A stretch of 64,000 nucleotides of DNA from a bacterium (GTDB lineage Bacteria > UBA8248 > JACPRG01 > G963555815). The notes under the pieces were generated by a model. That model was not told where the DNA came from, searched no databases, and was given only the letters and a program-made list of their open reading frames with translations. Positions 8,114 through 18,340 of this stretch are shown one piece after another. The first letter of the stretch is position 1. The number at the start of each line of letters is the position of its first letter. The DNA lies in contig OZ244653.1 in the NCBI GenBank assembly GCA_965218795.1, forward strand, positions 4,256,001 through 4,320,000. The letters are read 5' to 3'. Both the position numbers and the translations under genes were made by a program.

Positions 8114-9034
8114 TTAGACATCCTCATCCGGCTCTCCCACGCGGTGAATCTCCATTTCCAGATCGGGTCCGACACGGCGCCGGATTTCCTCCATCAGCCG
8201 TTCAATGTCTCGCGCCCTGGCCCGGCCCTGATTGACGATAAAGTTTCCATGAACCTCCGAGATCTCCGCATCGCCCGCTTGAAGCCCCTTCAGTCCAGCC
8301 TCTTCAATCATCCGGCCGACCGACCCTCCGGGCGGATTCCTGAAGACGGAGCCCGCACTGGGCTGACTCAGGGGCTGCGTATCTTTCCTCTGCCGAACAC
8401 GGCGGCGAATATCCTCGATCGTTTCCTTCTTCGACCGGTTTCGGCAGCGCAAAGTGGCCCCGACAATGGCCCCCAAGACGGGATATACGGTCTTCCGGTA
8501 GCCGAAGCCGATCTCTTCTCCCGGCACCAGCCACAGCTTGCCCGCCCCATCCACCACTTCCACGGAATCGACCACGTCGCCGATGAATTCCTCCACCGTC
8601 CCGCTGTTCATTACCAGCGCCCCTCCAACCGTGCCCGGGACACCGGCAAGAAATTCGAGTCCGCCAAGGTCGACATCCGCCGTCCGTCGCAGCAGGTCCC
8701 CCACTTGGGTACCGGCGCCCGTATAGACCTCGGCGCCCTCCTTTGTCCGGGATACGACCCGGATTTCGTCAAAACCCTTTCCGAGCGTGACGACGACTCC
8801 CCGAATGCCCCGGTCCGACACGAGGAGATTGGTTCCGCCGCCGACGATGCGGATGGGGATCTGCTCTGCGTGACCCCTGGCCAAGACCTCCTGAAGGGCC
8901 TCTAGGGTCTCGGGGATCACGAGAGCGTCCGCCTTTCCCCCGACACGATAGGACGTCCGTTCGCTCATCGGTACGTCCGTCTGGAGCTGGGCGTTCAGTC
9001 GTGTCAGCCAATCCATCCAAGCTTCCTGGTCCAT
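8114..9034 (-). CDS. murB: UDP-N-acetylenolpyruvoylglucosamine reductase
   Basis: GGGTNLLVSD, GLEFLAGVPGTVGGA, PSAGSVFRNP, HGNFIVN. Confidence 0.96.
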   Translation of the reverse strand: MDQEAWMDWLTRLNAQLQTDVPMSERTSYRVGGKADALVIPETLEALQEVLARGHAEQIPIRIVGGGTNLLVSDRGIRGVVVTLGKGFDEIRVVSRTKEGAEVYTGAGTQVGDLLRRTADVDLGGLEFLAGVPGTVGGALVMNSGTVEEFIGDVVDSVEVVDGAGKLWLVPGEEIGFGYRKTVYPVLGAIVGATLRCRNRSKKETIEDIRRRVRQRKDTQPLSQPSAGSVFRNPPGGSVGRMIEEAGLKGLQAGDAEISEVHGNFIVNQGRARARDIERLMEEIRRRVGPDLEMEIHRVGEPDEDV

Positions 9035-9041
9035 CGCGTTC

Positions 9042-10514
9042 TCACGCCGCTTCGCCGCCCACCGCGGGGGCCGCATCCCGGCCTGTGGTGTCTCTTCTCG
9101 GAGTCGGGGAGCCTTCACGAAGACGCCGCACGAACTCCGGAGCCGCCTTCCAGATGTCTCCCGCTCCCAGGGTGATCACCAGATCACCCGGTTGGACGGC
9201 CTGCAACAGAAAGTCCTGGGCCTCCTCCAGTCCGTTGACCATCTCGACGCTCACGGCCCCGCGACCCCGTACGCCCTGAAATATCCGGCGCGTATCCACG
9301 CCGGGGATAGGCTCTTCCCCCGCCGCGTAAATGGGAAGAAGGGCCAGGCCGTCGGCCTCATCGAAAGCCCCGAAGAATTCCTCCAGTACGTCCCGCGTGC
9401 GCGTGTAACGATGGGGCTGGAACAGAACAATAACGCGGCGAGCCGGCCAGGCCCCGCGCGCCGCCGACAGCACGGCCCGGATCTCCCGGGGATGATGGCC
9501 GTAGTCGTCCACGACCGTGATACCGTTCACCTCGCCGATATGCTCGAATCGCCTCTGAATGCCGCTGAACTCCCCCAACGCATGCTGGATCTGCTCGAAG
9601 TGAATCCCGAACTCCATCCCCATGGCGACCGCGGCCATGGCGTTGGACACGTTGTGGCGTCCCCTCAGGCGAATGCGCAAGTTTCCCAGCTGCGCCTCTT
9701 TTTGATATGCGGTGAAGGTCATCCCGTCGGGAGCGGATTCCACGTCACGGGCCGTGTAGTCGGCGGTTCCCTCGATACTGTATGTCACGACCTTGCGATC
9801 CATCAGCGGGATGAGCTCTCGGACGTGAGGGTCATCCGCACAGAGGATGGAAAAGCCGTAGAACGGAACCTTGTTTGAAAATTCCCGAAAGGCGTCCAGG
9901 ATCGCGTCGAAACTTCCGTAATGATCCAAGTGCTCGGCATCGATGTTGGTCACGACCGCGACGGTGGGCGTCAGGCGTAGGAACGAACCGTCGCTTTCGT
10001 CCGCCTCGGCGATCAGGTAATCGCCGCTGCCCAGGCGCGCGTTCCCTCCAAGGCTGTTCACCCGCCCGCCCACGATGGTCGTGGGATCCAGCCCGCCTTC
10101 CGCCATAACGGCTGCCACCAGCGAGGTCGTGGTGGTCTTTCCGTGGGCCCCGGCCACGGCGACCCCATACCGCATCCTCATCAGTTCGGCCAGAATTTCC
10201 GCACGCGGAATGACGGGGATCTTCCGGACGCGGGCCGCCTGGACTTCCGGATTCGACGACGCGACCGCCGAGGAGTAGACCAATACGTCCACTTGCTCGA
10301 TATTCCCGGGGGCGTGGCCCCGGCCCACCTTTGCGCCCAATGTCTCGAGCCGGCGGGTGGTCTCCGATTCGGAGAGATCCGAGCCGCTGACCTCATATCC
10401 CAGGTTCATCAGCAGTTCAGCCAGGCCGGACATCCCCACGCCTCCGATACCCACGAAGTGGATCCGGCGGCACCGGCTCAGAAAGGGATAGTTTTCAATC
10501 GGATTGGCGATCAT
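9042..10514 (-). CDS. murC: UDP-N-acetylmuramate--L-alanine ligase
   Basis: HFVGIGGVGMSG, GAHGKTTTTS, EADESDGSF, DDYGHHP, FQPHRYTRT. Confidence 0.97.
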   Translation of the reverse strand: MIANPIENYPFLSRCRRIHFVGIGGVGMSGLAELLMNLGYEVSGSDLSESETTRRLETLGAKVGRGHAPGNIEQVDVLVYSSAVASSNPEVQAARVRKIPVIPRAEILAELMRMRYGVAVAGAHGKTTTTSLVAAVMAEGGLDPTTIVGGRVNSLGGNARLGSGDYLIAEADESDGSFLRLTPTVAVVTNIDAEHLDHYGSFDAILDAFREFSNKVPFYGFSILCADDPHVRELIPLMDRKVVTYSIEGTADYTARDVESAPDGMTFTAYQKEAQLGNLRIRLRGRHNVSNAMAAVAMGMEFGIHFEQIQHALGEFSGIQRRFEHIGEVNGITVVDDYGHHPREIRAVLSAARGAWPARRVIVLFQPHRYTRTRDVLEEFFGAFDEADGLALLPIYAAGEEPIPGVDTRRIFQGVRGRGAVSVEMVNGLEEAQDFLLQAVQPGDLVITLGAGDIWKAAPEFVRRLREGSPTPRRDTTGRDAAPAVGGEAA

Positions 10515-11625
10515 GCAGTTCTTCTCCGCGAGCGGCCTCCAGGCAAAGATGCGCAATGCGGGCGGCCGCGCCCGTCCGGTCCTTGAGAAGTCCGGCCCTG
10601 GACATGGATTGACGCGCCCCGGCGTCCCGCACCAAGTCTTCCACCTCGTCCACAAGACGTACCGGGAGGTCTTGTTCCCGTATCGTTCGGGCCGCGACGC
10701 CCGCGGAGGCCGCGTTGGCCTCCTGGTGTTGATCCGTCCCTGACGGCAAGGGGACCAGGATTGCAGGGAGCCCGACCGCCATCAGCTCGGTTACCGTCAG
10801 TGCGCCCGCCCGGGTCAGGGCGAGCGAAGCGCGGCGGTACGCCGAGGCCATGTCTTCGATGAAAGGAAAGACCTCGGCATCGAGCCCGGCCTCCTGATAG
10901 GCCCGCCGGACCCGTTCCAGCTCCGTCGGTCCTGTCGCGTGAAGGAACCGAAGGTTCAAGCCGCGGTCCTTCCACGCCGGCAACGCACCGCAAACGGCCT
11001 TGTTCAGCGACCGGGACCCCTGGCTTCCCCCAAAGACCAACAGCGTGGGCGGCCCCGGGGCCTCCATGCGTGTGTCCTCGTCCGAATCCAGCCCGGATTG
11101 CCTCTCCGCGGCCAGGGCCTCGATCTCCGGTCGAAGCGGGTTGCCCGTCTCCGCGCAAGGGTTGCGAGGGAAGGAGGCGCGCGCTTCGGGAAATCCCAAT
11201 GCAACCGATTGCGCAAAACGCGCGAGAAACCGATTTGCCGCACCGGGCCGGGCGTTCTGCTCCATCAGGACGACGGGCCGGCCCGCGCACCGGGCCGCCA
11301 AGACGGCCGGGGCGCTGGCATAGCCGCCGCCCCCCAAAACAACGTGAGGCCGGAATCGAACGACGACCCAGAGAGAGACCAGGAATCCCATGCCCAACAG
11401 GCAGAGGGACCGAATGCGCTCCAGGACGGATTTCCCCTTGACGCCGCCCGCGGGAACGAGTCGGTAGGGCAGGCCCGCGTCCGCGAGGATTCGGTGGTCC
11501 AGAGGCCGTCTCGCACCCACCAGCAAGATCTCCTCTCCTTCGGCCAATTCCAGCCATTCCCGGGCGACGGATATTCCGGGGAGCAGATGCCCGCCCGTTC
11601 CGCCCGCCGAGATCAACATCTTCAA
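10495..11625 (-). CDS. murG: Lipid II GlcNAc transferase MurG
   Basis: GGTGGH, GGYAS, EQN, GNPLR, GGSQG, RAGALT, HQEANA. Confidence 0.96.
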   Translation of the reverse strand: MKMLISAGGTGGHLLPGISVAREWLELAEGEEILLVGARRPLDHRILADAGLPYRLVPAGGVKGKSVLERIRSLCLLGMGFLVSLWVVVRFRPHVVLGGGGYASAPAVLAARCAGRPVVLMEQNARPGAANRFLARFAQSVALGFPEARASFPRNPCAETGNPLRPEIEALAAERQSGLDSDEDTRMEAPGPPTLLVFGGSQGSRSLNKAVCGALPAWKDRGLNLRFLHATGPTELERVRRAYQEAGLDAEVFPFIEDMASAYRRASLALTRAGALTVTELMAVGLPAILVPLPSGTDQHQEANAASAGVAARTIREQDLPVRLVDEVEDLVRDAGARQSMSRAGLLKDRTGAAARIAHLCLEAARGEELHDRQSD

Positions 11626-11640
11626 CGTTCGGCTCCCTCG

Positions 11641-12759
11641 TCATGAATGACGGCCTCTCTTCCGGCTGCCGCCGCCGACGCTCAGGATGACGCCCACCGC
11701 GGCCATGGAAGCCACCAGCGCGGACCCTCCCGCGCTGAAAAAGGGCAGGGGAAGCCCCTTGGTCGGCAGCAATCCGGAAACCACACCCAGGTTGCCGAGG
11801 ATTTGCAGCCCCAGCAGCACGGTGAAGCCGGCTGCCAGGTAAGCCCCGAACGGATCCTTGCAGAGCGTAGCCGCCCGGGAGGCCCTCCAGAGCATGACCC
11901 CAAACAGCGCCAGGACCGCGCCGGCCCCCAGCAGCCCGAGTTCCTCGCCGAGAACGGCGAAGACAAAATCGGTGTGAGGCGCGGGGAGGAAGTGAAGCTT
12001 GGCCTTCCCCTGCATCAAACCCTCGCCCACCCAGCCTCCCTGCGCGAGCGAGAGATAGGATTGCACCATCTGGAATCCCGATCCCTCCGCATCGGCCCAT
12101 GGATCGAGGAAGGTCAGCAACCGCTGCCGCCGATATCCGGCCGAAACGACGAATGCGGTCACCAGCGGCAGGGCGGCCGCCACCGCCGTGCCCAGATGGA
12201 GCGGCCGGGCGCCGGCCACCAACAGCAACGTAAACGTCACGCCGAGAATCAGGAGGGCCGAGCCCGCGTCCGGCTGAAGCATGACCAGAACGGAGAGGGG
12301 GGCTGCCATTCCGAGCGCGGGAAAAAGTCCGAAGCGCAACTCGCGAATCCGCTTTCCCTTCGCCGCAAGGAAATGAGCCAAGAGGATCACCAGGGAGAAT
12401 TTGACGGCCTCCACGGGTTGAATGGAGAACGCTCCGACACGGAACCATCGCCGGGCCCCCCCCGCCTGCAGTCCCAACCGGGGGATGAGCACCAAGGCCA
12501 GCGCCAGGAAGCACAGGATCAGAAGCGGATATGCAGCTTTTTGCCAGAAGGAATAATTCATCCGGGTGATCACGATCAGGACACCCAAACCCACGGCCGC
12601 AAACAGGATCTGCCGCTTGAGGAAGTAAGAGGCGTCCCCGTACCGGTCCAGGGCGAGTACGGCGCTGGCGCTGTACACCATCACAATGCCGGTGCTGACG
12701 AGCGCCAGTACGGACCCCAGGAGCCAATAATCGAATGATTGCTTCGCGCTGGTGCTCAT
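11641..12759 (-). CDS. ftsW: SEDS peptidoglycan polymerase FtsW
   Basis: MVYSAS, GARRW, QPVEAVK, LPAPHTDFVF, PTKGLPLPFFSAGGS. Confidence 0.96.
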   Translation of the reverse strand: MSTSAKQSFDYWLLGSVLALVSTGIVMVYSASAVLALDRYGDASYFLKRQILFAAVGLGVLIVITRMNYSFWQKAAYPLLILCFLALALVLIPRLGLQAGGARRWFRVGAFSIQPVEAVKFSLVILLAHFLAAKGKRIRELRFGLFPALGMAAPLSVLVMLQPDAGSALLILGVTFTLLLVAGARPLHLGTAVAAALPLVTAFVVSAGYRRQRLLTFLDPWADAEGSGFQMVQSYLSLAQGGWVGEGLMQGKAKLHFLPAPHTDFVFAVLGEELGLLGAGAVLALFGVMLWRASRAATLCKDPFGAYLAAGFTVLLGLQILGNLGVVSGLLPTKGLPLPFFSAGGSALVASMAAVGVILSVGGGSRKRGRHS

Positions 12760-14135
12760 GGGGAAAGCTTCTCCACCTCCTCCGCAAAACGGCGGCCGCG
12801 GTCTTCGTAGTCGTCAAACATGTCGAAGCTGGCGCACGCCGGAGAGAGAAGAACCACGTCGCAGGATTGGGACGACCGATCGGCGGCCTGGACGGCCTCG
12901 GCCATCGATCCCGCTTCCATGCATTCGGTCAGGCCCGCAAAAGCGGAGCGGAACCGCGTTCTGGCCTCTCCGATCAGGATGAGGGTCTTGACCCGATCCC
13001 GGACCAGAGGTCGAAGGGGCGTCAGGTCGCTGTATTTGTCGCGCCCTCCCGCAATGAGGACGATGGGAACTTCAAAGCTCTCAATCGAGCGGACGGCCGC
13101 GCCGACATTCGTTCCTTTCGAGTCGTTGTACCATCGGACTCCGGCGCGCTCCCGTACGAGCGTAAGACGGTGTTCGATAGGGAGGACGCCCCGGAGGGCC
13201 GGGCCCATGGCCTTTGCCGGAGCGCCGCATACGGCCGTGGCGGCGATGGCCGCCAGAGCGTTCTCGACGTTGTGCACTCCGTGGAGCGGAAAGTCTACGC
13301 TTGGAAGCACGGGCACGGAGGAGCCCTCGGTTCGCAAAACCAGGTCCCCGCCGTCCAGGCACGCGCCGTCAGAGGTCAGGGTCCGGCGGCTGAAGGTCCG
13401 AACGGCGGCTCGGGCCCCCCCCGCAAAGGAGCGCACCATTTCGTCATCTTCGTTCAGGACCACAAAATCTTCGCCTTCCTGAAAGGCGAAGACCCGCTTT
13501 TTCCAGCCGATGTATTCCGCCAAATCCTGGTGACGGTCGAGGTGGTCGGGGGTGATATTGGTGATCACCGCCACAAATGGGCGGAAGGTTTCGATCCATT
13601 CAAGCTGAAAACTGCTGACCTCGACGACCATGAAGTCTGGGGGGTCCTTCTCCGGGAGCGCTGCGATAAAGGGCTCTCCGATGTTTCCCACCGCCGGCGC
13701 CCGAAGCCCCGCCGCCTCCAGAACGGTATGGATGAGATGGGCCGTGGTGGTCTTCCCGTTGGTCCCCGTCACGGCGATGACGGGGGACTTGCAAAAACGG
13801 AAGGCCAGCTCGATCTCGCTCCAAACCGGTACGCCCGCCGCCGCCGCCCTCGCAAGGAGCGGGTGCTCCCGCGAGACGCCCGGACTCACTACGACGCCGT
13901 CGGCTTCATCAAACAGCCGTTCCGGGTGGCCGCCCAGAGCCTTGGAAACGTCCGCCGGAAGCCTGGACAAGACGGGCGCCAGATCTTCTTCCGACCGCTG
14001 GTCGGTCACCGTCACGCGGGCTCCCCGGTTGGCGAGGAATCGGGCCGCCGCCTCGCCGGTCCGCGCCAGTCCCATGACGGTATACCGTCGTCCTTTCACT
14101 TCGGGCTCCAGAACCGGGGCCACCATGAGATTCAT
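12756..14135 (-). CDS. murD: UDP-MurNAc-L-Ala--D-glutamate ligase
   Basis: TGTNGKTTT, EVSSFQL, DHLDRH, NDSKGTN, LSPACASFD. Confidence 0.97.
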   Translation of the reverse strand: MNLMVAPVLEPEVKGRRYTVMGLARTGEAAARFLANRGARVTVTDQRSEEDLAPVLSRLPADVSKALGGHPERLFDEADGVVVSPGVSREHPLLARAAAAGVPVWSEIELAFRFCKSPVIAVTGTNGKTTTAHLIHTVLEAAGLRAPAVGNIGEPFIAALPEKDPPDFMVVEVSSFQLEWIETFRPFVAVITNITPDHLDRHQDLAEYIGWKKRVFAFQEGEDFVVLNEDDEMVRSFAGGARAAVRTFSRRTLTSDGACLDGGDLVLRTEGSSVPVLPSVDFPLHGVHNVENALAAIAATAVCGAPAKAMGPALRGVLPIEHRLTLVRERAGVRWYNDSKGTNVGAAVRSIESFEVPIVLIAGGRDKYSDLTPLRPLVRDRVKTLILIGEARTRFRSAFAGLTECMEAGSMAEAVQAADRSSQSCDVVLLSPACASFDMFDDYEDRGRRFAEEVEKLSP

Positions 14136-14148
14136 CCCTTGATTCCCG

Positions 14149-15234
14149 CTACCGCAGCTTCAGGGTGCTCAGGCTGAAAAGGGCCAGGATCACGGCGATA
14201 ATGAAAAATCGCACGACTACCTTCGGCTCCTCCCACCCCTTCAACTCGAAGTGATGGTGAAGGGGCGCCATTCGAAAGATCCGTTTTCCCGTCAGCTTGA
14301 ATGAGACAACCTGAAGGATGACGGACACCGCCTCCAGAACGAAGATCCCGCCGGCGATCATGAGCGCGACTTCCTGCCGTGCGATCACGGCGATGGTCCC
14401 CAACGCCCCACCGAGGGCCAGCGCGCCCACATCGCCCATGAAGACCTGAGCGGGATAGGCGTTGAACCATAGAAATCCAAGACTGGCCCCGAGCATCGCC
14501 CCGCAAAAGACCGTCAGTTCTCCCGCACCCTTGACGTGGATGACCTGGAGGTACCGGGAGAAGACCGCATTGCCGGCCACATAGGTGAAAAAGACGAAGG
14601 CCATCGTGGCGACCAGAAAGGGCCCCAGCGCGAGGCCGTCCAACCCGTCCGTCAGGTTCACGGCGTTGGACGTGCCGGTTACGACCACAAGAATCAGGAA
14701 GACATATCCAATACCCAAATAGGGAAACACGTTCTTGAAGAAAGGTACGGCGAGTCGCCCCCGGATTTCGGGGTTCACCGGGTCGTTCAGCAGGAAAATG
14801 GCGATGGCGAGGCCGAGGACGACCTGTCCGATGAACTTGTAGGAAGCCGGAAGGCCTTTGCCCCGATTGCCGCGGACCTTGAGGAAGTCATCCAGAAATC
14901 CGATGGTCCCGAATCCCAGGGTCGCGAACAGGGCCACCCAGATATAGGGATGGGTCAGGTCGGCCCAGAGCAGAGTCGGAAAGACCAGGGCTAGGATGAT
15001 CAGGAGGCCGCCCATGGTCGGCGTTCCGGTCTTCATCTGGTGACGCTCGGGAACGTCCTCCCGAACGGATTGATCGGGCTGGAGCGTCTTGAGGAAGCGG
15101 ATCAAGGGGGGTCCGAGAATGAAACTGATGAGAAGCCCCGTCAGAACGGCGAAGGCGGACCGCAGGGTGATGTATCGGAACAAGTTGAAGAAGGCGTGCA
15201 CGTCCTTGAGGGGCGCCAGAAACAGGTACAGCAT
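14149..15234 (-). CDS. mraY: Phospho-MurNAc-pentapeptide transferase
   Basis: KTGTPTMGG, NAVNLTDGLDGL, FMGDVG, MAPLHHHFE. Confidence 0.98.
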   Translation of the reverse strand: MLYLFLAPLKDVHAFFNLFRYITLRSAFAVLTGLLISFILGPPLIRFLKTLQPDQSVREDVPERHQMKTGTPTMGGLLIILALVFPTLLWADLTHPYIWVALFATLGFGTIGFLDDFLKVRGNRGKGLPASYKFIGQVVLGLAIAIFLLNDPVNPEIRGRLAVPFFKNVFPYLGIGYVFLILVVVTGTSNAVNLTDGLDGLALGPFLVATMAFVFFTYVAGNAVFSRYLQVIHVKGAGELTVFCGAMLGASLGFLWFNAYPAQVFMGDVGALALGGALGTIAVIARQEVALMIAGGIFVLEAVSVILQVVSFKLTGKRIFRMAPLHHHFELKGWEEPKVVVRFFIIAVILALFSLSTLKLR

Positions 15235-16688
15235 CAGGCCGACCCTCCCTTGCGCCCGGTTTTGATCAGCCCCTCGAGGATCCGTTCCAAGCCCATCCCC
15301 CGTGATCCCTTCAAAAGCACCCAGTCTCCGGAATGCGTGTGCCGCCTCAGCCAGTCGGCCGCGTCTTCATGGTTCTCACACACGGTGATCCGCCGCCGGC
15401 TCATACCGCGCTTCAGCGCCTCATCCGCCATCAGCCGGGCCCTCGACCCCACGACCAGCAGGTGATGGATACGGCCCTTGCGGCCCTCGGCCAGCCGGGC
15501 GACGGCGGCGCCGATGGACCGGTGGGCGGTGGCGGACCGCCTGCCCAACTCCAGCATGTCCCCGAGGACGGCCACGGACTGGCCGCCGTTGGCCAAGCCG
15601 ACGAAGGTGTCCAGCGCGGCCATCATCGAATCCGGATTGGCGTTGTAGGCGTCGTTCACGATGTGCAATCCACCCGGCAGATCGAACATTTCCATCCGCA
15701 TCGGCGCGGGACGGTAGGTTTCCAGGCCTCGGGCCGCTTCATCGGCAGACAACCCCAGCGTCCATGCGGCGGCCGCGGCCGCCAGGGCGTTGGACACGTT
15801 GTGCTCTCCCGGGATTCGGAGCCGGACGTCCCGCCGCTCGGTTCCCAGACGCAGGGTAAAGGCCACGCCGTTCCGTCCCAGCGGACGGATCCGGGTCGCC
15901 TGCACGTCGGCGGCGGCAAGGCGGCCGAAAAGGGTGATTCTGCCGGGAAGTCTTTTGGCGTAGCGCTCGGCGAGAAGCAGGCCATGGGGATCATCGGCGT
16001 TCAGAATCAGCTTTCCCTCATCCTGAGTGGCCAGGAAGGCCGCAAGCTCGGCCTTGGCCTCCCGCACCTGCGCGACCGTCTTCAGGAATTCCAAATGGAC
16101 CGGCCCGATATTCGTGATGACGCCCGCGGCCGGTCGGGCGATCCGGGCCAGCCGGCGGATCTCCCCCTTCCGGTTCATCCCCATCTCCACGACGGAGACG
16201 CCGTGACGGGGGCCGAGCTGGAACAGGGACAGAGGCAGGCCAAACAAGTTGTTCAAGTTGCCTTCCGATTGATGGACGCGATATCTGCCGTCGAGGACGG
16301 CCGCGGTCATATCCTTTGTGGTGGTCTTGCCGCTGCTGCCGGTAATCCCGATCAATGGCAGCTCGAACCGGTTGCGGTGAAAGGCCGCAAGGTCCCCGAG
16401 GGCGCGCGTCGTGTCACCGACGGCGAAGATCCATCGACCGACGGCCCGCTCCAACATCTCGGGCCGGACCCGCTTTTGTTCCACGATGACAGCCGAGGCC
16501 CCGGCCTCCAGGGCCTGCGGAATAAAGGTGTGGGCGTCGTACCGCTCACCGACCACAGGAACGAAGATCATACCCGGTCGGAGAGTCCGGGAATCGATCG
16601 AGATCCCGTCCAGGTTTTTACGTTTTCCCGGCCGGTGGACGACGCCCGTCGTTGCCTCCAGTATCTCTTCCGGTCGAAAACGGGGCAT
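15234..16688 (-). CDS. murF: UDP-MurNAc-tripeptide--D-Ala-D-Ala ligase
   Basis: TGSSGKTTTK, EMGM, DAYNANPDSM, LGDMLELG, KGSRG. Start could be up to 16733. Confidence 0.96.
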   Translation of the reverse strand: MPRFRPEEILEATTGVVHRPGKRKNLDGISIDSRTLRPGMIFVPVVGERYDAHTFIPQALEAGASAVIVEQKRVRPEMLERAVGRWIFAVGDTTRALGDLAAFHRNRFELPLIGITGSSGKTTTKDMTAAVLDGRYRVHQSEGNLNNLFGLPLSLFQLGPRHGVSVVEMGMNRKGEIRRLARIARPAAGVITNIGPVHLEFLKTVAQVREAKAELAAFLATQDEGKLILNADDPHGLLLAERYAKRLPGRITLFGRLAAADVQATRIRPLGRNGVAFTLRLGTERRDVRLRIPGEHNVSNALAAAAAAWTLGLSADEAARGLETYRPAPMRMEMFDLPGGLHIVNDAYNANPDSMMAALDTFVGLANGGQSVAVLGDMLELGRRSATAHRSIGAAVARLAEGRKGRIHHLLVVGSRARLMADEALKRGMSRRRITVCENHEDAADWLRRHTHSGDWVLLKGSRGMGLERILEGLIKTGRKGGSA

Positions 16689-16772
16689 TCCGCTTTTTCC
16701 TCGTTCCGTTTTGTCCCGCGGCTTCATCCTCAACGAGGCGGTCCGGAGGCCCGACGAGAGGGCCCCCCGAAG

Positions 16773-18311
16773 CTATTCCGTTCGGGTTCCTTTGAACCCC
16801 AAGGCCCGCAGGCTCTGACGCGCTTCCTCTCGATCGTCGAAGGCGATGACTTTCTGCCCGACGATCTGATAGTTCTCGTGTCCCTTTCCCGCGATGACGA
16901 CGCCGTCGCAGGGCCCCGCCTTTCGCAGGGCCCGGCGAATCGCTTCCCTTCGGTCCACGCACATCTCATATCGGCCCCGGTTCGGCCCGAGGCTGAGGAT
17001 CCCGGGCTCGATGTCGGCCAAGATGGCCTCGGGGTCTTCGGTACGCGGATTATCTGAAGTGACGACCACGTCGTCGGCGATCTCCGCCGCTGCGGCCCCC
17101 ATGCGGGGCCGCTTGGTGCGGTCTCGGTCTCCGCCGCAGCCCATCACGGCGATCAAACGGCCGTCGATGACCTCTGCTGCGGTTTGAAGGACCCGCCGCA
17201 GCGCATCCTCCGTATGAGCGTAATCTACGACCACCAGAAAAGGCTGTCCCATGTCGATTCGCTCGAACCGCCCGGGGGCGTTTTCGAGCCGCCCCAACCC
17301 CTCCGCCACGACGTCCGGCGGAATACCCAGCGAGAGGGCGGTGGCCGCGGCCGCGAGCGCGTTGGAAATATTGTGGCGTCCAGTCAGGCGCAGGCGGACG
17401 GGTACCTTCACCCCGGGGGTGGACATCCGGAATCGCAGGCTTGAGCCGTCGCTCATCACATCCTCGGCCCGAACGTCCGCTTCAGGGGTCAGCCCGAAGG
17501 TGAGCCCTGCTGCTCCGGACGGCTGTTCCTTCACATCAGCCCAGAGCCGGGCACCGTGGGGATCATCCAGGTTGACGACGGCCCGGCCGACCGGATAATC
17601 CAAAAACAGCGAGCGCTTGGCCTGGTAATACGCCTCCAGGTTCTCGTGAAAGTCCAGGTGGTCCTGCGTCAGGTTTGTAAACACAGCGGCCTCGAACGCG
17701 GTTCCCCTCACCCGCCGCAGCGAGATACCGTGGGAGGAGACCTCCATCAGGCAGAATTCCACATCAGCGTCGGCCATCTCCCGGAGGACGCCTTGAAGAT
17801 CGGGCGCCTCGGGGGTCGTCTGGCCCGCGGGACGCTCGATCCGATCCCCTGGACGGGTCCCGAACTCCCACCTGTAGGCGATCGTTCCGATGACGCCGGT
17901 TGTTCGGCCGGCCGTCCGTAAGATAGATTCCGCCAAGTATGTCCAGGTGGTTTTCCCATTGGTTCCGGTCACGCCGACGACGCGGAGCCGGCCGGAGGGA
18001 TGCTCATAAAAACGGTCTGCAACGTGCGCCAGGGCTTCGCGAATGTCCGGAACCTCCGCTACGGCGACCGAGGCGTTCAGGCCCCGGGCCTTGGCGTCGG
18101 CCAAGTTGCGAACCATCAATCCCGCCGCCCCCCGCCGGACCGCCTCTTCCAGAAAGTGTTGGCCGTCAGTCCGCGTCCCCGGGACGGCGATGAACAAATC
18201 TCCGGAGTTGACTTTGCGGGAGTCGTAAGCGATTCCCGTGATGTCGGCATCCAGAGGCCCGGAGACCGGCAGATCACCCAGCCCCGCCAGGAGTTGATTG
18301 AATCGGACCAT
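16773..18311 (-). CDS. murE: UDP-MurNAc-dipeptide--meso-DAP ligase
   Basis: TGTNGKTT, MEVSSH, DHLDFH, DYAHT, DNPR (DAP-type specificity motif), GKGHE. Confidence 0.96.
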   Translation of the reverse strand: MVRFNQLLAGLGDLPVSGPLDADITGIAYDSRKVNSGDLFIAVPGTRTDGQHFLEEAVRRGAAGLMVRNLADAKARGLNASVAVAEVPDIREALAHVADRFYEHPSGRLRVVGVTGTNGKTTWTYLAESILRTAGRTTGVIGTIAYRWEFGTRPGDRIERPAGQTTPEAPDLQGVLREMADADVEFCLMEVSSHGISLRRVRGTAFEAAVFTNLTQDHLDFHENLEAYYQAKRSLFLDYPVGRAVVNLDDPHGARLWADVKEQPSGAAGLTFGLTPEADVRAEDVMSDGSSLRFRMSTPGVKVPVRLRLTGRHNISNALAAAATALSLGIPPDVVAEGLGRLENAPGRFERIDMGQPFLVVVDYAHTEDALRRVLQTAAEVIDGRLIAVMGCGGDRDRTKRPRMGAAAAEIADDVVVTSDNPRTEDPEAILADIEPGILSLGPNRGRYEMCVDRREAIRRALRKAGPCDGVVIAGKGHENYQIVGQKVIAFDDREEARQSLRALGFKGTRTE

Positions 18312-18340
18312 CACTCGGCGCTTCTTCCAGCCGACCCCTG

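Noticed and set aside
10511-12817. Long alternative-frame and antisense ORFs (e.g. 10511-12817, 15333-17057, 25078-26691, 54491-56149)
   Set aside because: Arg/Gly/Pro-rich or antisense shadows of well-conserved genes, expected at high GC; no motifs.
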